Assembly: GCA_046262255.1 (NCBI GenBank)
Contig: JBHENB010000005.1
Coordinates: forward strand, 350-64,349
Origin: Chitinophagaceae bacterium
GTDB taxonomy: Bacteria > Bacteroidota > Bacteroidia > Chitinophagales > Chitinophagaceae
Length of the DNA: 64,000 nucleotides
Reading direction: 5' to 3'
Numbering within the stretch: position 1 is the stretch's first letter; each line of letters opens with the position of its first letter. Below the pieces are notes generated by a model. The model saw nothing but the letters and a program-made list of their open reading frames with translations, had not been told where the DNA came from and made no database searches. Position numbers and translations under genes: made by a program. Below, in pieces: positions 18,185-26,912 of this stretch.

Positions 18185-20155
18185 GTGAAAGTACCCATTA
18201 ACAGAGTTACACTGGCAGGACTTATTGTAGCTCTTGGAATTATTTACGGTGACATAGGCACCTCGCCACTATACGTTTTTAATGCCATAATAAATGGAAG
18301 GATCATAAGTGAGCAATTGATCATTGGAAGCCTCTCCTGCATTATATGGACCATTACTTTACAAACCACTCTTAAATACGTTACCCTTGTTTTGAGAGCA
18401 GACAACCGCGGAGAGGGCGGCACGTTTGCTTTGTATGCGCTGGTTCGGCGGCATAAAAAGTGGCTGGTAGTTCCGGCTATGATTGGTGGCGCTTCCTTAC
18501 TTGCCGATGGTATAATAACCCCGCCAATCTCCATCACTGCTGCAGTAGAAGGTTTAGAGGAGTTGCCTGCTTTTAAGGGCATTGAAGAATACGTGGTGTA
18601 CATTGTTCTTATCATAGTTGCAATGTTCTTTTTTTTACAGCAGTTTGGCACAGCTTCCATTGGAAAATTCTTTGGTCCTGTAATGTCCGTGTGGTTCTCC
18701 ATGCTTGCTATTCTTGGCATTGTGCATCTTGCAGATGATTTTAGCATTTTCCGTGCTTTCAGCCCTACATATGCTGTGCAGTTTATAGCCGAATACCCTC
18801 GGGCATTATGGTTGTTAGGCGCCGTATTTCTTTGCACCACCGGGGCAGAAGCGTTATATAGCGACCTTGGGCATTGCGGAAAAGAAAACATCCGTATCTC
18901 CTGGATATTTGTAAAAACCTGCCTCATATTACATTATCTGGGCCAGGGAGCTTCCCTTCTAGCAAATCATAGCGGCCTGACTGTTACAGAGGGTGTAAAG
19001 AAAAGTTTAGGAATAAATGCTTTTTATGACCTGATGCCACAATGGTTTATTATTCCTGGTGTAGTAATAGCAACCAGTGCTGCCATTATTGCCAGCCAGG
19101 CAATGATCTCCGGTTCGTTTACATTAATCAGCGAGGCGATGCGTTTAAATCTTTGGCCCAAACTAAAGATCCGGTATCCATCGGAAGCAAGGGGACAATT
19201 ATTTATTCCATCTCTGAATATGCTGATGTTTATAGGTTGTGTTGGCGTGGTGCTCTATTTTCAAAGCTCAGAGAAAATGGAAGCTGCATATGGTTTAGCT
19301 ATTATAATAACCATGCTGATGACCACTTTATTATTCGCCAATTTTATGGTACTGCAGCGAATACAAAAAATTTATATTTATGTTTTTCTCCTATTCTATA
19401 TAATTGTTGAAACAGTTTTCCTATTGGCTCTTTTACAAAAATTTCAACATGGCGGATACATTACGCTGTTAATAGCAGGTGTAATGTTTATTATTATGTT
19501 TGTCTGGTTTAAATCACGAAAGATTAAAAACCGTTACGTCGAATTTGTGCGGCTGGAACATTATATTCCTAAAATTCAGGAGCTTAGTAACGATCGTTCT
19601 GTTCCTAAATATGCTACACACCTGGTTTATTTAACCAGCGCTGATAATCCTAAAGAGATTGAGCACAAAATCATTTACTCCATTTTGAACAAAAAACCAA
19701 AACGTGCCGATATTTACTGGTTTGTGCATGTAGATACTCTTGATGATCCCTACACCTCTGAATATAGGGTGCAGCACATAATACCAAACGATATAATCCG
19801 TGTAGAATTTAGGTTGGGTTTCCGTGTGGAACCCCGAATTAACCTTATGTTCCGGAAAGTGGTGGAAGATCTTGTGGCAAATAAAGAAGTTAATATTACC
19901 AGCCGTTACGAAAGCCTTGAAAGAAGCAACATAGTTGGAGATTTTTCATTTATAGTAATGGAAAAATATCTAAGCCAGGATAATGATCTGCCAATCATCG
20001 AAAGATTAATCATGAAGTTGCATTTTTGGCTGAAAGAAAGAAGCCTTTCTGAAGAAAGAGGTTTTGGCCTTGATGCCAGCAACGTAACGGTTGAAAAGTT
20101 TCCGCTTATTGTAGCGCCGGTTACCAATTTAAAACTGAGACGGATACAGGAATAG
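18185..20155 (+). CDS. kup: KUP/HAK/KT potassium transporter
   Basis: YGDIGTSPLY, ADNRGEGG and GAEALYSDLGH motifs; GTG start; TAGCTTTG promoter-like box at 18129-18136. Confidence 0.96.
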   Translation: MKVPINRVTLAGLIVALGIIYGDIGTSPLYVFNAIINGRIISEQLIIGSLSCIIWTITLQTTLKYVTLVLRADNRGEGGTFALYALVRRHKKWLVVPAMIGGASLLADGIITPPISITAAVEGLEELPAFKGIEEYVVYIVLIIVAMFFFLQQFGTASIGKFFGPVMSVWFSMLAILGIVHLADDFSIFRAFSPTYAVQFIAEYPRALWLLGAVFLCTTGAEALYSDLGHCGKENIRISWIFVKTCLILHYLGQGASLLANHSGLTVTEGVKKSLGINAFYDLMPQWFIIPGVVIATSAAIIASQAMISGSFTLISEAMRLNLWPKLKIRYPSEARGQLFIPSLNMLMFIGCVGVVLYFQSSEKMEAAYGLAIIITMLMTTLLFANFMVLQRIQKIYIYVFLLFYIIVETVFLLALLQKFQHGGYITLLIAGVMFIIMFVWFKSRKIKNRYVEFVRLEHYIPKIQELSNDRSVPKYATHLVYLTSADNPKEIEHKIIYSILNKKPKRADIYWFVHVDTLDDPYTSEYRVQHIIPNDIIRVEFRLGFRVEPRINLMFRKVVEDLVANKEVNITSRYESLERSNIVGDFSFIVMEKYLSQDNDLPIIERLIMKLHFWLKERSLSEERGFGLDASNVTVEKFPLIVAPVTNLKLRRIQE

Positions 20156-20217
20156 CTATACATTCTTATAGTTTGTAGTTACTTTCGGACATAGAAGACT
20201 TGCAAAAACAATAAGCC

Positions 20218-21003
20218 ATAAACCTTTTCCTATACATCCTTGGCGCCATTTTCATTTTAAGTATTGCGGTATATTTTTTTCAGGAGAAATTTATCTTTCA
20301 ACCAGAAAAGCTCCATGCCGGTTTCAAATTCAATTATTCTGCGCCATTCAGAGAAATAAATTTTGATGTAGCTCCCGGCGTACGAATAAACGGTTTGCAT
20401 TTTCACAGAGAGAACACGCAAGGCCTTATTCTATATTTTCATGGAAATACGAGAAGTATAAAAGGATGGGCTAAATATGCACAGGATTTTTACAGATATG
20501 ATTACGATGTAGTGCTGGTTGATTACCGCGGCTTTGGTAAAAGCACTGGCAAAAGAGGTGAAAAAGATATGTTGAGTGACATGCAGTTTGTTTATGAAGC
20601 TTTGCGGTACCAATATACAGAAGACCATCTGATAGTTTATGGCCGGAGCATAGGAAGTGGTTTTGCTACAAAAATAGCTTCTGATAATAGACCAAGGTAT
20701 TTGATTCTGGATGCGCCTTATTATAACTTCAGAAAAGTGATTGAACGTTTTCTGCCATTTTTACCCATACGCTTTGTATTGCGGTACCACTTACGTACAG
20801 ATAAATGGATACTGAAAGTAAATTGTCCCATTTATATTTTACACGGAACCAAAGATTGGCTCATTCCAATTAAACATAGCGAAGACTTACAAAAATTAAA
20901 TCCACGCAGAATAACTTTAATCCGTATTAAAGGTGCAGGTCACAACAATCTGCCGCAGTTTCCGGAGTATCACAACTTCATCCGTGATATTCTTAAGACT
21001 TAA
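20218..21003 (+). CDS. Alpha/beta hydrolase (ABHD13/Bem46-like) with N-terminal TM anchor; apparent ATA start
   Basis: LYFHGN, DYRGFGKS, YGRSIG (nucleophile Ser), HGTKD and GHNNL motifs. The frame is open upstream of the ORF-track TTG (20395) to ATA at 20218 and aligns with paralog 22287-23099. Confidence 0.8.
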   Translation: MNLFLYILGAIFILSIAVYFFQEKFIFQPEKLHAGFKFNYSAPFREINFDVAPGVRINGLHFHRENTQGLILYFHGNTRSIKGWAKYAQDFYRYDYDVVLVDYRGFGKSTGKRGEKDMLSDMQFVYEALRYQYTEDHLIVYGRSIGSGFATKIASDNRPRYLILDAPYYNFRKVIERFLPFLPIRFVLRYHLRTDKWILKVNCPIYILHGTKDWLIPIKHSEDLQKLNPRRITLIRIKGAGHNNLPQFPEYHNFIRDILKT

Positions 21004-21081
21004 AATGTTTGTTAAACCAACCATTTATAACGTTTCAGAGTAACTTTTGGTCATGCTTTTGCTTTTTATAAAAAAAATGAT

Positions 21082-22224
21082 ATGACTAAATTTTACTTAC
21101 TGCTTCTAATTTCTGCCCTTTACATTACTTCCTGTAAAACTGCAGGCAAAGCATACGAAAAGGGTAATTATACGGAGGCTATTGATCTTGCTATTAAAAA
21201 GCTCAAAAAAAATCCAAATGATGGCGAAGCCAAAGCATTATTGCAAAACGCCTACAAATTTGCTGTGAACCAGCATGAAGAAAGGATTCGTATATTATCT
21301 AACAGCAATAGCGATACAAGGTTTGAAAAAATATACCACCAATACCGCTCCTTACAAAATTTGTATGAAAATATACGCCGTTACCCAACAGTTGCACAAA
21401 CAGTAAATGCTGTTGATTATTCTGATTATCTAAATACGTACAGAACTAAAGCGTCAGATGTGCATTTTGAAAAAGGCTCAAGCTTCATGAATCAGGGTAG
21501 TAAAGCTGCTTACCGCGAAGCATATCACGAATTTAAAATTGCTTTGAAATATAAGCCGGATGATATCGAAATAAGAAAAAAAGTGGAGGAAGCGTATGAG
21601 CAAGCTGTAGTGAATGTAATGGTTGTGCCTATGAATAATTATAGCGGTTATATGTACAGCAACTCGCATCATGTGCGTAATTTTCAGGAGGATATTATCC
21701 GTAGCCTTAGCTATAATACATCCAACGAATTCATTAAGTTTCACTCTGAATGGAACCTAAGAAGCCAGAGAATTGAACCAGATGAAATAATTGAAATGCA
21801 GCTTGTTAATATTGTTATAGGCCAACCATACGATCAAAGTCAAACCAGGCAGGTTTCAAAAGAAGTAGTAGTAAAAGAAATTGTTTATAAGCCAGATTCT
21901 GTTGTAAAACAGTACGGGAAAATATATGCAAGAATAACCACAACACGAAGAACACTGGTATCGCAGGGAGAGTTGTACATAAACATTCGTGATGGCAATG
22001 GAAGATTTTTATGGAGTGATAATTTCAGGGGTGAACACAGATGGCAAACCGAATTTGCAACATATACAGGTGATGAAAGAGCCTTAAGCGATCATGACCG
22101 TTCCTTGCTTAATAGCCAGGATCACTATCCTCCGCAGCAAGACCAAATTGTAACGGAGCTTTTGCGCCAGCTTGAAAATGATCTTACTTATCGTTTACGC
22201 AATTATTATAGCAGGTACAAATAG
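21082..22224 (+). CDS. Lipoprotein with TPR-like N-terminal region
   Basis: Lipobox ITSC; helical repeats (AYEKGNYTEAIDLAIKKLKKNPND). Confidence 0.75.
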   Translation: MTKFYLLLLISALYITSCKTAGKAYEKGNYTEAIDLAIKKLKKNPNDGEAKALLQNAYKFAVNQHEERIRILSNSNSDTRFEKIYHQYRSLQNLYENIRRYPTVAQTVNAVDYSDYLNTYRTKASDVHFEKGSSFMNQGSKAAYREAYHEFKIALKYKPDDIEIRKKVEEAYEQAVVNVMVVPMNNYSGYMYSNSHHVRNFQEDIIRSLSYNTSNEFIKFHSEWNLRSQRIEPDEIIEMQLVNIVIGQPYDQSQTRQVSKEVVVKEIVYKPDSVVKQYGKIYARITTTRRTLVSQGELYINIRDGNGRFLWSDNFRGEHRWQTEFATYTGDERALSDHDRSLLNSQDHYPPQQDQIVTELLRQLENDLTYRLRNYYSRYK

Positions 22225-22240
22225 AATAACTTATTTCCAT

Positions 22241-22272
22241 AAAAAGAACCAACATTATGCGTGGTTCTTTTT
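22241..22272. terminator. Intrinsic terminator-like hairpin
   Basis: AAAAAGAACCA-acattatgcg-TGGTTCTTTTT, 11-bp stem with A/T tracts, downstream of the lipoprotein gene. Confidence 0.65.
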
Positions 22273-22286
22273 TATTTTGTTGCATA

Positions 22287-23099
22287 ATGAAAGGGCAATT
22301 GGCACGTAAAATTTGGAGAGTAGTGAAAGTGGCAGTAATTGTGTATGTTCTATTTGGCGTATTGCTTTATTTTATTCAGGATCAACTGTTATTTCATCCG
22401 CAATCCCTGCCAAAAAACCATAAATTTAATTTTGTACAGCCATTTACAGAATTAAATATTCCTGTTCCCGAAGGAAGGAATTTAAGTGTAGTAAAATTTA
22501 CTGTGGATTCTCCTGTTAGGGGCGTGGTTCTGTACTTTCATGGCAACCGGCAAAATGTTGAACGTTATGCAAAGCATGCGCATCAATTTACAAGTAACGG
22601 ATACGAAGTATGGACAATGGACTATCCGGGGTTTGGTAAAAGCACCGGCAAACGAAGTGAGCAAACCATTTATAATGATGCAGTGCTTCTGTACAACATG
22701 GCCCTCCACCAAACAATACCCGATAATATTATTATTTATGGAAAATCAATGGGCACCGGGGTAGCGGCACAGTTAGCTTCCGTAAGAGAGTGCCGGCAAT
22801 TAATATTAGAAACTCCTTACTATAGTATTGACGCACTGGCTAAGCATTATTTTCCAATGTACCCTGTAATACCCTTAACCAAATATGCTTTTCCTACTCA
22901 TAAATATTTACAGAATGTAAAGGCTCCTGTTACTATTTTTCATGGAACCAACGATGAGGTTATTCCTTACAAGCAGGCAAAACAGTTAAAGAGCAAACAT
23001 AAACACGTGCAATTGATAACTATTGAAAATGGAAAACACAATAACCTGAATGAAATTGATCATTTCAGCAATAATTTAAACTCCTTATTGCAGAACTAA
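22287..23099 (+). CDS. Alpha/beta hydrolase, paralog of 20218-21003
   Basis: LYFHGN, DYPGFGKSTG, YGKSMG, HGTND and KHNNL motifs; probable ATG at 22287. Confidence 0.88.
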   Translation: MKGQLARKIWRVVKVAVIVYVLFGVLLYFIQDQLLFHPQSLPKNHKFNFVQPFTELNIPVPEGRNLSVVKFTVDSPVRGVVLYFHGNRQNVERYAKHAHQFTSNGYEVWTMDYPGFGKSTGKRSEQTIYNDAVLLYNMALHQTIPDNIIIYGKSMGTGVAAQLASVRECRQLILETPYYSIDALAKHYFPMYPVIPLTKYAFPTHKYLQNVKAPVTIFHGTNDEVIPYKQAKQLKSKHKHVQLITIENGKHNNLNEIDHFSNNLNSLLQN

Positions 23100-24007
23100 G
23101 TTTCCTCCAATTTTACTCCGTCATTACTTACAGATACCTTGTAGTAAGCTCCTATTTTTAAAGCGAAGTTTTCTTTTTCATGACTTACAGGAAATTTGAA
23201 ACAGATGGGATATTTATATTCCTTTACCTGGTCATAGATTATTTCGTAAACCGCTTTTCCGAAGGGTCTTTCCGTGTCCTTGGAATCTGTAAACCCACCC
23301 ACAATTAAAGCAGCAAGCTTCTCCAATTTTCCACTTCTTTTTAATTGTAACAGCATACGATCTATGTTGTATAAATATTCCCCAGTATCTTCTATGAACA
23401 GTATTTTATTTTTTGTATTAAAATCCGAGGCGGTACCTATCAAATGAATTAAAAGCGCAAGATTACCTCCAACAAGTTGATCTCTTGCTTTTCCTTTATT
23501 ATTAAAATCATGTGAAGCAGATTCATAAGAAGCCTTCTTTCCTTCCAAAGCATCTTTTAAGGAAAGAATGAACGGATTACCCGCTTCACCATCATTAAAT
23601 GCGGCTGCCATTGGGGCATGTAGTGAGGCAATTTTATATTTTGAAAACAGGTGTGCCTGCAAAACAGTAATATCACTGTAACCAATGATCCACTTTGGAT
23701 TTTTTCTAAACTTTTTGAAATTGAGCTTATCAATTATTCTGCTTACACCATAACCTCCACGGGCACAAAAAACAGCCTTTATTTTCTTATCATCCAGCAT
23801 TTGCTGCAGGTCGTTTAGCCTTTCTTCATCGGAGCCGGAAAAATAATTCATAGATGCACTTTGCGTAGTTGCACCCGCAATTACTTTGTACCCCCACTCC
23901 TGCAATGTATTAATGCAGGTTTGCATTTTTTCAAAAGGCATAAACCCTGCGGGAGCAACGATGCCAATGGCATCTCCTTTTTTCACGTATCGTGGAATAG
24001 TTATCAT
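23096..24007 (-). CDS. LD-carboxypeptidase (peptidase S66)
   Basis: RGGYG, IIGYSDIT, GGNL, LFIED and FPVSHE motifs; probable ATG at 24007. Confidence 0.93.
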   Translation of the reverse strand: MITIPRYVKKGDAIGIVAPAGFMPFEKMQTCINTLQEWGYKVIAGATTQSASMNYFSGSDEERLNDLQQMLDDKKIKAVFCARGGYGVSRIIDKLNFKKFRKNPKWIIGYSDITVLQAHLFSKYKIASLHAPMAAAFNDGEAGNPFILSLKDALEGKKASYESASHDFNNKGKARDQLVGGNLALLIHLIGTASDFNTKNKILFIEDTGEYLYNIDRMLLQLKRSGKLEKLAALIVGGFTDSKDTERPFGKAVYEIIYDQVKEYKYPICFKFPVSHEKENFALKIGAYYKVSVSNDGVKLEET

Positions 24008-24157
24008 ACTTCCTGCACAAAATAAAAACTTGTAATAGCAATTCAAAACAGTTTATCCGTTTACGGTAATTTCGCCACTGTCTTGTCATGTTGAAGAACA
24101 AAATCATTTTAGAAATAACTATACGATCCTCTGCAAATGATAAGCCGGTTACATAAA

Positions 24158-26833
24158 ATGAATCAACCTAAACGATACTTAATTACAGCCGCATTACCAT
24201 ATGCAAACGGTCAAAAACACATAGGGCATTTAGCCGGTGCATATTTGCCTTCAGATATCTATGTGCGGTACCTGCGGGCACAAAAGAGAGATGTGGTTTT
24301 TATTTGTGGCAGTGATGAACATGGTACCGCCATCCCCATCCAGGCAATGAAAGAAGGCACAACGCCTCAGGCTATCATTGATAAGTACCACTTGCAGATA
24401 AAACAAAATTTTGAAGATCTATTTATTTCATTTGATATATACGACCGCACAAGTAATCCTGTACACCACGATACAGCCCAGGAATTTTTTACTTACCTGA
24501 ATGACAGAGGTGAACTGGACATAAAAGAAACAGAACACTATTTCGATGAACAGGCACAAACATTTTTAGCCGACAGGTATATAAAGGGCACCTGTCCTAA
24601 TTGTGGTTTTAACGGGGCTTTTGGCGATCAATGTGAAAAATGCGGAACATCATTAAGTCCTGATGAATTGATAAATCCTGTAAGTACATTAAGCGGAAAT
24701 AAACCAATAAAAAAAGCTACAAAACACTGGTATCTGCCACTTAACAAACATGAAGAATGGCTTCGCACCTGGATACTTACTGAACATAAGGACTGGAAGA
24801 CCAATGTATTTGGTCAATGCAAAAGCTGGCTGGATACCGGTTTGCAACCCAGAGCGGTTACAAGAGATCTGGACTGGGGAGTGAAGGTACCAAGCCCCCC
24901 CACCCCCCAAAGGGGGGATTTAGCATCCACACAAAGCCAGCTTGCGAAAGAGCACTATAAATATGCAACAGCAGATCCGCTGCAATATTCTTTATTAAAA
25001 GAGTTTGTGAAAACGCATAGAAGTCAACCGACAGAAGCGGAAAGAGTTTTGTGGGAAATGCTCAGAGGGAAAAAACTTGAAGGCTATAAATTCAGACGTC
25101 AACATATAATAGGAACTTTTATCGCAGATTTTTTTTGCTTGTCTAAAAAATTAATTATTGAAGTGGATGGGCTAACTCATCAATTACCTGAAAATAAAAT
25201 AAATGATGAAGAGAGAACTAAATGGTTGAATGAAAACGGCTACGAAGTAATCCGTTTCACAAATAATGAAGTTTTACTTAATACTGAAGGAGTATTAAAT
25301 ACACTTCTGCACAAGCTACAAATATTACCAAATCACAAAACCAATGATGAAGATGCAAAAAGAGAGGTTAGTGCGGATGCTGAATTCCCCCTTCGGGGGG
25401 ACTTAGGGGGGCTGAGCGGAAAGGTCCTCTACGTGTGGTTTGATGCACCAATAGGCTACATCAGTGCAACAAAGCAATGGGCTTTAAATACAGGAAAAGA
25501 CTGGAAATCGTACTGGCTGGATAAAGAAACCAAACTGGTACATTTTGTTGGCAAGGATAATATCGTTTTCCATTGCATCATTTTCCCTGTAATGCTAAAG
25601 TTGCATGGCTACATTCTTCCCGATAACGTTCCTGCAAATGAGTTCATGAATTTAGAAGGTGATAAAATGAGTACCAGCCGAAACTGGAAGCTGGACATGC
25701 AGGATTACATTGATGATTTTGTAAAGAAAGAAAATGGCGGTCCTGCAATGGTGGACGCCTTGCGTTACTATTTAACTACTATATTGCCGGAAACAAAAGA
25801 CAGTGAATTTACCTGGAGAGGGTTTCAGGATGCAGCAAATAGTGAGTTGGTAGCTGTATTTGCCAACTTCGTTAATAGAACATTTGTGTTGATGCACAAA
25901 CTGTGTAAAGGAAAAGTGCCGAAGTTTCATAAGGATAGTGCTGATGAGAAAGACCAGGCATTGATTGAAGAGATCAAAGCATCAAAAACTAAAATAGAAA
26001 ATGCATTAGAACAATACAAATTTCGGGATGCTCTTTTTGGAGTGATAGACCTGGCACGAAGTGGAAACAAATACCTGCAGGAAAAGGAACCGTGGAAAAA
26101 AGCCTCAAGCGATAAGACGCAAGCTACAAGTGAGGAAAATCAAATACTTGTTGACAATTGCCTTCATGTGTGCTTACAGCTTTCTGCTAACCTTGCAATT
26201 TACATAAATCCCTTTCTTCCAAACATCGCAAAGAAAATTTGCCACATGATGAAGGTTGTAGATAAAATGTTGGAGTGGGAAAATGCTGGTAAGCTGAACT
26301 TACTGAGTGTAGGTTATTCTCTGCGGGCACCTGAACTATTATTCAGAAAAATTGAAGATACCGAAGTACAGCATCAAATTGAAAAATTAAAACAAGGATT
26401 AGAAAGATCAAAAATGGAAAAAAAGAACCAACCGACAAATAGCAATGAGCAAACAAATCAAAGTTCTGGAAGCGAGCATGCTCAATCTGCAATCTTAAAT
26501 CTTAAATCTGAAATTGTTTATGATGATTTTGCAAAGCTGGACTTACGCATTGGCACTATAACAGCAGCAGAAAAAGTAAAAAAAGCAGACAAACTCTTAA
26601 AGCTGGAAGTGGATCTTGGTTTTGAAAAAAGAACAATAGTTTCAGGCATAGGGCAGCATTTTCAGCCCGATTCACTCTTGAATAAACAGGTAATACTTGT
26701 AGCTAATCTTGCACCACGAAAAATGAGAGGAATTGAAAGCCAGGGAATGATCCTTACTGCTGAACAGCCCGATGGGAAGCTGATCCTGGTAAGCCCCGAT
26801 GCCATTACAAACAATGGCTCGGAGGTTCGTTAA
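24158..26833 (+). CDS. metG: Methionine--tRNA ligase with in-frame DUF559 endonuclease insertion and C-terminal tRNA-binding domain
   Basis: PYANGQKHIGH (HIGH), Zn knuckles CPNC/CEKC, KMSTS, C-terminal Trbp111-like domain; ~175-codon insert between WGVKVP and GKVLYVWFD. Confidence 0.97.
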   Translation: MNQPKRYLITAALPYANGQKHIGHLAGAYLPSDIYVRYLRAQKRDVVFICGSDEHGTAIPIQAMKEGTTPQAIIDKYHLQIKQNFEDLFISFDIYDRTSNPVHHDTAQEFFTYLNDRGELDIKETEHYFDEQAQTFLADRYIKGTCPNCGFNGAFGDQCEKCGTSLSPDELINPVSTLSGNKPIKKATKHWYLPLNKHEEWLRTWILTEHKDWKTNVFGQCKSWLDTGLQPRAVTRDLDWGVKVPSPPTPQRGDLASTQSQLAKEHYKYATADPLQYSLLKEFVKTHRSQPTEAERVLWEMLRGKKLEGYKFRRQHIIGTFIADFFCLSKKLIIEVDGLTHQLPENKINDEERTKWLNENGYEVIRFTNNEVLLNTEGVLNTLLHKLQILPNHKTNDEDAKREVSADAEFPLRGDLGGLSGKVLYVWFDAPIGYISATKQWALNTGKDWKSYWLDKETKLVHFVGKDNIVFHCIIFPVMLKLHGYILPDNVPANEFMNLEGDKMSTSRNWKLDMQDYIDDFVKKENGGPAMVDALRYYLTTILPETKDSEFTWRGFQDAANSELVAVFANFVNRTFVLMHKLCKGKVPKFHKDSADEKDQALIEEIKASKTKIENALEQYKFRDALFGVIDLARSGNKYLQEKEPWKKASSDKTQATSEENQILVDNCLHVCLQLSANLAIYINPFLPNIAKKICHMMKVVDKMLEWENAGKLNLLSVGYSLRAPELLFRKIEDTEVQHQIEKLKQGLERSKMEKKNQPTNSNEQTNQSSGSEHAQSAILNLKSEIVYDDFAKLDLRIGTITAAEKVKKADKLLKLEVDLGFEKRTIVSGIGQHFQPDSLLNKQVILVANLAPRKMRGIESQGMILTAEQPDGKLILVSPDAITNNGSEVR
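24893..25413 (+). mobile_element. Putative palindrome-bounded element encoding a DUF559/Vsr-like endonuclease domain, in frame with metG
   Basis: TEAERVLWEMLR, FRRQHIIG, IADF, IIEVDG..H, D..RTKWL...GYEVIRF motifs. Ends are AGCCCCCC (24893-24900) and GGGGGGCT (25406-25413), each beside an internal hairpin. Confidence 0.8.
26100..26134 (+). repeat. Heptamer tandem array inside metG
   Basis: AAGCCTC-AAGCGAT-AAGACGC-AAGCTAC-AAGTGAG, period 7, same AAG family as 9372-9399. Confidence 0.6.
26484..26515 (+). repeat. Heptamer tandem array in the metG linker
   Basis: AATCTGC-AATCTTA-AATCTTA-AATCTGA-AATT. Confidence 0.65.
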
Positions 26834-26912
26834 CATTTAATTACACAAACTTCCTTCAGAACATGTTAATTTTAAGCTATGCTCGGTATAACCCAGACGA
26901 GACACGTGCCTG

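Noticed and set aside
18244-18927. Long antisense or shadow ORFs (also 12730-13308, 32655-33143 and others)
   Set aside because: They lie opposite or within well-supported genes and have no motifs of their own.
24893-25417. Intein or self-splicing intron in metG
   Set aside because: No C-terminal His-Asn/Gln followed by Cys/Ser/Thr and no HINT blocks; the frame is continuous with no intron-like features.
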